From: Spirochaetia bacterium
GTDB taxonomy: Bacteria; Spirochaetota; Spirochaetia; DSM-2461
DNA length: 64,000 nucleotides
Assembly: GCA_963666985.2 (NCBI GenBank)
Contig: CAXXIA010000002.1
Span: forward strand, 2,720,001-2,784,000
Direction of reading: 5' to 3'
A model generated the notes under the pieces. The model saw nothing but the letters and a program-made list of their open reading frames with translations. It searched no databases and was not told where the DNA came from. Numbering within the stretch: position 1 is the first letter of the stretch; every line of letters starts with the position of its first letter. The position numbers and the translations under genes are program-made. Of the stretch, positions 60,001 to 64,000 are shown one piece after another.

Positions 60001-60975
60001 TTAATATCCCCTATTCGCGATTGCGGCGAAGTCCGTGTTCTCGTCGAAAACCGCTTCGTCGATATAGATATGCTTCGGAACTTTTTCACCGGATGCGATT
60101 TTCCCGGCGAGTTCCATCACCTGAGGGCCGCTGTTGGGATTGCATTCGATGACGCAATTCACGGCGCCTTCTTTGAGATAATCGATAATACGCTGAGTCG
60201 CGTCCACCGAAATGATGACGATATCCTTTCCCGGTTCTATTCCGGCTTCCTTCATTATTTCAATGGCGCCGAAGGTCATATCGTCATTGTGCGAGTACAG
60301 AACATCGATATCGGCCGCGTCGTACTGATTGAGAACCTTCAGCATAATTTCTTGACCTTTGCTGAGCATGAAGTCGCCGTCTTCACTGAAAATCACCCGA
60401 AACCGCGGATGGGCGGAAAGGACGTTCCGGAATCCTTCATAGCGTCCGATGGCGGGTGTGGAGTCCGCGGTACCGCCGAGTTCCACGATATTAACGGGTG
60501 TTTCGGAATCCGGGAATTTTTTAATCAGGAATTCCCCGGCGCGCCGGCCTTCCAGGTCGAAATCCGAGCAGAGAGCACAGGTATACAGATTGTCGTCGGA
60601 TGTATTGATCATTCGATCCACAATAACAACGGGAATACCGGCCGCTTTCGCTTCCCGAAGCACGGTGTCCCATCCGGTTTCCACCAGAGGGGAGAAGGCA
60701 ATCACATCAACTTTGTACGCGATAAAGGAACGGATTGCCTTAATCTGGTTTTCGGGATTCTGCATGGCGTCTTCGAACATAATCTTGATGCCCGCTTCGT
60801 CGGCGGCCTGCAGAATAGAACGAGTGTTCTGCGAACGCCAGGTGCTTTCATCTCCGAGCTGCGAATATCCCACAACGATCGGTCTTGATTCGGAATCGGC
60901 ACGGTTCCTTACACCGCAGCCGCAGAGCGTAATGAGGCATAACAAGGGAAGAAAAATCCGGAGGAACGATGACAT
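60001..60975 (-). CDS. YtfQ-like sugar-binding lipoprotein, probably the sensory partner of the kinase
   Basis: LCGC lipobox, VGYSQLGDESTWR, QIKAIRSFIA, HNDDM, IECNP. Confidence 0.88.
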   Translation of the reverse strand: MSSFLRIFLPLLCLITLCGCGVRNRADSESRPIVVGYSQLGDESTWRSQNTRSILQAADEAGIKIMFEDAMQNPENQIKAIRSFIAYKVDVIAFSPLVETGWDTVLREAKAAGIPVVIVDRMINTSDDNLYTCALCSDFDLEGRRAGEFLIKKFPDSETPVNIVELGGTADSTPAIGRYEGFRNVLSAHPRFRVIFSEDGDFMLSKGQEIMLKVLNQYDAADIDVLYSHNDDMTFGAIEIMKEAGIEPGKDIVIISVDATQRIIDYLKEGAVNCVIECNPNSGPQVMELAGKIASGEKVPKHIYIDEAVFDENTDFAAIANRGY

Positions 60976-61201
60976 CAAAGGAACTCCATGCGGCAAGGCA
61001 ATCTTATAAACATACCGGACTTCTTTTATGAACCGGTATCGGAAGATGCACATGCCTATCGTTCGCTTATTCTACCATAGAATCATAGGTCGGCCGGATT
61101 GAGAGTCTGTTGATGAGATGAAGAAAGATTTAAAGCGCCGCCCGCCGGCCGCAGTACGGACCGGGATGCAAAAGCGGGCGGCGCCGCCGGGACTATAAAT
61201 G

Positions 61202-62269
61202 TTAAGACGCTATTTTCACAGTGTCCGTTTCCATGAACATTTGTCTCTTCTTTTTTCTCAACGTGAGAATAACGCTTTGAAGCAGAATAAAGAAACAAAG
61301 CATCAGACCGGTAGTGATGCTCTGCCAATACGGTTCCCGAAGCCCCGATGCGATGACGATATTGCTAATTGTTTTTAACGACATCACTCCGAAAAGCGTA
61401 CCGATAACGCTGCCGACTCCGCCGGTTAGCAGTGTTCCTCCGATAATGGAAGACGCAATAGCCTGAATTTCCGCCTGTGTCGCGTTCGCCGCGTTTCCCG
61501 CTCCGGTATGCAGCAGATAGACATAACCGCCGATTCCGGCAAAGAGTCCGCTCAGTATGTAGGCAAAAAACTTCGTTCGCCTGACATTGATACCGAGCAT
61601 CATCGCACTTTCACTGTTGCCGCCGACCGCATAGAGATTTCGTCCGAATCGCGTCCATTTCAGGAGCGCCCAGACGGCCAAAACGATTGCAAAGGTTATT
61701 AATACACCCGGTTCAATTCTCGCGGGAATAAAATTACCCGTTTTTCCATAGGTTCCGATCCCCGGAATGACAATACGGAAATTCTTCATGGCAAGGAAAA
61801 GTTCGTTCGTCGCCGTACGCGGAGCCTTACTGACAATGGTCGTCATACCTTTCGTGAAGAACATTCCCGCCAGAGTAACGATAAAGGGCTGTATATCCAA
61901 AAACGCAACGAGAAATCCCTGAATAAGTCCCATCGTAATTCCGATGCTTAACGCCAGAACGATTGATCCCGCGACGCTTCCGCCATAGTCTTCCATGAAG
62001 ACAACACAGGCCATGGTAATCAGAGCGACCGTGCCGCCTACGGAGATATCAATGCCGGAGGTTATCATCACGATGGTAAGTCCGCAGGAAATGATGATTA
62101 AATACGCATTGTTGTTAAAAATATCCAAAAACTGCTGTGGGTTTCGAAAACCCCGTCCCCAGATAAAAATGGCAAGGACATACATAACGACAAATGCGCA
62201 TATCGTTATCGTCAGCAGCAGCGCCGTGTTTGAAATAGGTTCTCGAAGTTTATCTCTTTTTAATGACAT
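61202..62269 (-). CDS. YjfF-like sugar ABC permease
   Basis: GIDISVGG, IQPFIVTLAGMF, IIGGTLLTGGVG. Confidence 0.88.
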   Translation of the reverse strand: MSLKRDKLREPISNTALLLTITICAFVVMYVLAIFIWGRGFRNPQQFLDIFNNNAYLIIISCGLTIVMITSGIDISVGGTVALITMACVVFMEDYGGSVAGSIVLALSIGITMGLIQGFLVAFLDIQPFIVTLAGMFFTKGMTTIVSKAPRTATNELFLAMKNFRIVIPGIGTYGKTGNFIPARIEPGVLITFAIVLAVWALLKWTRFGRNLYAVGGNSESAMMLGINVRRTKFFAYILSGLFAGIGGYVYLLHTGAGNAANATQAEIQAIASSIIGGTLLTGGVGSVIGTLFGVMSLKTISNIVIASGLREPYWQSITTGLMLCFFILLQSVILTLRKKKRQMFMETDTVKIAS

Positions 62270-62270
62270 A

Positions 62271-63350
62271 TCAATGAGTCTCCACAGCAGTTACCGGTCT
62301 TTTAAACCATCTGTCGCGTAATTGAAGAGCCCATTTTTGTACAACCGGCGAACCGATTACGACGATGGCGATAATAACGACGGCCTTATAGCTTTTCACG
62401 GCCGTTGAAGAAACCTTCATGGCATAGAGCGTAATCGTCAGCGCCTGAATAATGTATGCTCCTACGACCGAACCGGCCAGTTTGAATTTTCCGCCGCTGA
62501 GCGCATTCCCTCCTATGGCTACGGCCAGGATCGCATCCATTTCAATATCCAAAAGAATGGTTTCGTGATTAATCAGTCCGATTCTGCAGACATTGATGGA
62601 ACCCGCAATCGCCACGCAAACGCCGAGGATAATAAAAACCAGAAGTTTCATCAGAACAGGGTTGATTCCATTAATGCGTGCGGCTCTTTCATTGATTCCG
62701 ACCGCCTGAATATACAAGCCCAGATTCGTGAACCGCAGAGCCAGCGTAACCAGGATTATAAACAAGACGACAATGAGTATCGGACTGGGAATGGGGATGC
62801 CCGGAATGAAACTCCCCATATAGTTCAGTAAAGGGCTGTCGACATTGGGCGTTGCTCCCCCGTTTATCCAATACGCTATCGGACGTCCGGCCGTAAACAA
62901 AATGAGTGAGGCGATCATCGGCTGGATATCGAATCTGGCGACCAGAATCCCGTTAAACAGCCCAAACAGGATTGCGACAAGACATGCCGTCAGCAAGGCA
63001 AGAAGAATAATCGGTATGGTAATCGTATTGGCTCGAAGCACCTTAACAAAAACACTTCCGGCGATCGCCGCAGCCGCGCCGACGCTGATATCCTGACCTT
63101 TCGTAGCGGATGTTACAAGCGTCATGCCGATTGCCAGAATGGCAAGCTCCGATGCTCCGTTCAGAATGCTGATTAAATTGCCCGAGAGAACGGTGTTTCC
63201 AAAATTATTCGTTTTAACCGTTATGGAAAAGAAACCGATATCTCGGAAAAGATTGAAAATTATAATTAACAAAAGAGCGAATAACGGTATCGCCATCTGA
63301 GATTGTGATATTTTTTTAAGTGCTTTTTGCACACCGGAACCCTTAATCAT
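62271..63350 (-). CDS. YtfT-like sugar ABC permease
   Basis: DISVGA, IQPMIASLIL, EMDAILAVAIGG..LSGGKF. Confidence 0.88.
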   Translation of the reverse strand: MIKGSGVQKALKKISQSQMAIPLFALLLIIIFNLFRDIGFFSITVKTNNFGNTVLSGNLISILNGASELAILAIGMTLVTSATKGQDISVGAAAAIAGSVFVKVLRANTITIPIILLALLTACLVAILFGLFNGILVARFDIQPMIASLILFTAGRPIAYWINGGATPNVDSPLLNYMGSFIPGIPIPSPILIVVLFIILVTLALRFTNLGLYIQAVGINERAARINGINPVLMKLLVFIILGVCVAIAGSINVCRIGLINHETILLDIEMDAILAVAIGGNALSGGKFKLAGSVVGAYIIQALTITLYAMKVSSTAVKSYKAVVIIAIVVIGSPVVQKWALQLRDRWFKRPVTAVETH

Positions 63351-64000
63351 TGTGAGCAGCTCCTCCCGCAATCGTATGCATGATTTTGTTCTGTGTCAGA
63401 TCGTCGCCCATCAATTCGCCGACAATATTACGGTCGCGCATAACGATCAGCCTCGAACAGGTGTTTAGCATTTCTTCTATTTCCGACGAAATGAACGTAA
63501 TACTGACGCCGTCTTCGGCAAGCTTCAGGACAAGTTTCTGTATCTCAACTTTTGTGCCGACATCGATTCCCCTCGTCGGTTCATCCAAAATGAGATACTG
63601 CGGATTGGTCAGCAGCCAGCGCGCCAGGATCGCCTTTTGCTGATTACCGCCGGAAAGAGATTTTATCGGTGTATCCATCGATGCGGTTTTTATACCCAAC
63701 AATTTGATATATTCGTCCGCGAAGGATTCCGCTTCGGTTCTGGAGAAAGGCCGTAAAAAGCCTTTGAGTACCTGTAAAGCAAGAATGATATTTTCACGGA
63801 CGGATAAATCTTCAATGATTCCGTCTCCCTTTCTATCCTCGGGCAGATATCCGATGCCGTGCTTCATGGAATCTTTGGGTTTGGATATTTTAACGTCTTT
63901 ACCGTTTATCTTGATTTTGCCTCCCGTAATCCTATCGGCGCCGAATATGGCGCGAACGCTTTCACTGCGGCCGGAGCCAAGAAGTCCTGTAAATCCGTTT
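63343..64000 (-). CDS. YtfR-like sugar ABC ATPase (5' end outside the window)
   Basis: PEDRKGDG, LSGGNQQK, DEPTRGIDVG; frame continues to the window edge (GFTGLLGSGRSE). Confidence 0.92.
   Translation of the reverse strand, partial: NGFTGLLGSGRSESVRAIFGADRITGGKIKINGKDVKISKPKDSMKHGIGYLPEDRKGDGIIEDLSVRENIILALQVLKGFLRPFSRTEAESFADEYIKLLGIKTASMDTPIKSLSGGNQQKAILARWLLTNPQYLILDEPTRGIDVGTKVEIQKLVLKLAEDGVSITFISSEIEEMLNTCSRLIVMRDRNIVGELMGDDLTQNKIMHTIAGGAAHND

Overview
Bacterial DNA, probably from a free-living anaerobic spirochaete (inferred from the integrase N-terminal style, many lipoproteins and membrane-anchored AraC regulators; no marker gene is present). Bases 1-25.5 kb look like core genome: a GGDEF protein, an OmpR-type two-component pair with htrA, a His-less kinase-like gene coupled to pfkA, a trimeric [FeFe]-hydrogenase operon whose HydB/NuoF subunit is fused to a GltD-like NADP(H) module, gntR-deoC, MATE, a hybrid kinase and avtA-azlCD. 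A tRNA(CAT), likely Ile2, at 25513 opens an accessory region. It starts with a 180-bp tRNA-tail repeat unit, a broken tyrosine integrase and an IS91-family transposase remnant carrying two small hairpin insertions. Cargo follows: three multi-TM AraC regulators next to two surface lipoproteins (Ig+Ig+DUF1566-like; FG-GAP propeller), an AT-rich LysR/SDR/ABC/flavin-enoate-reductase cluster, an ornithine decarboxylase, two TetR modules, and a YtfQRT-YjfF-like sugar ABC system with a YesM/YesN pair. The best candidate for an undescribed system is the membrane-AraC/lipoprotein module: both lipoprotein genes carry the same 26-bp imperfect palindrome at the same distance from a -10-like hexamer. Many genes are split by single-base indels in G/C runs, which look like sequencing errors. 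All family calls are motif recognition by eye, not database searches.
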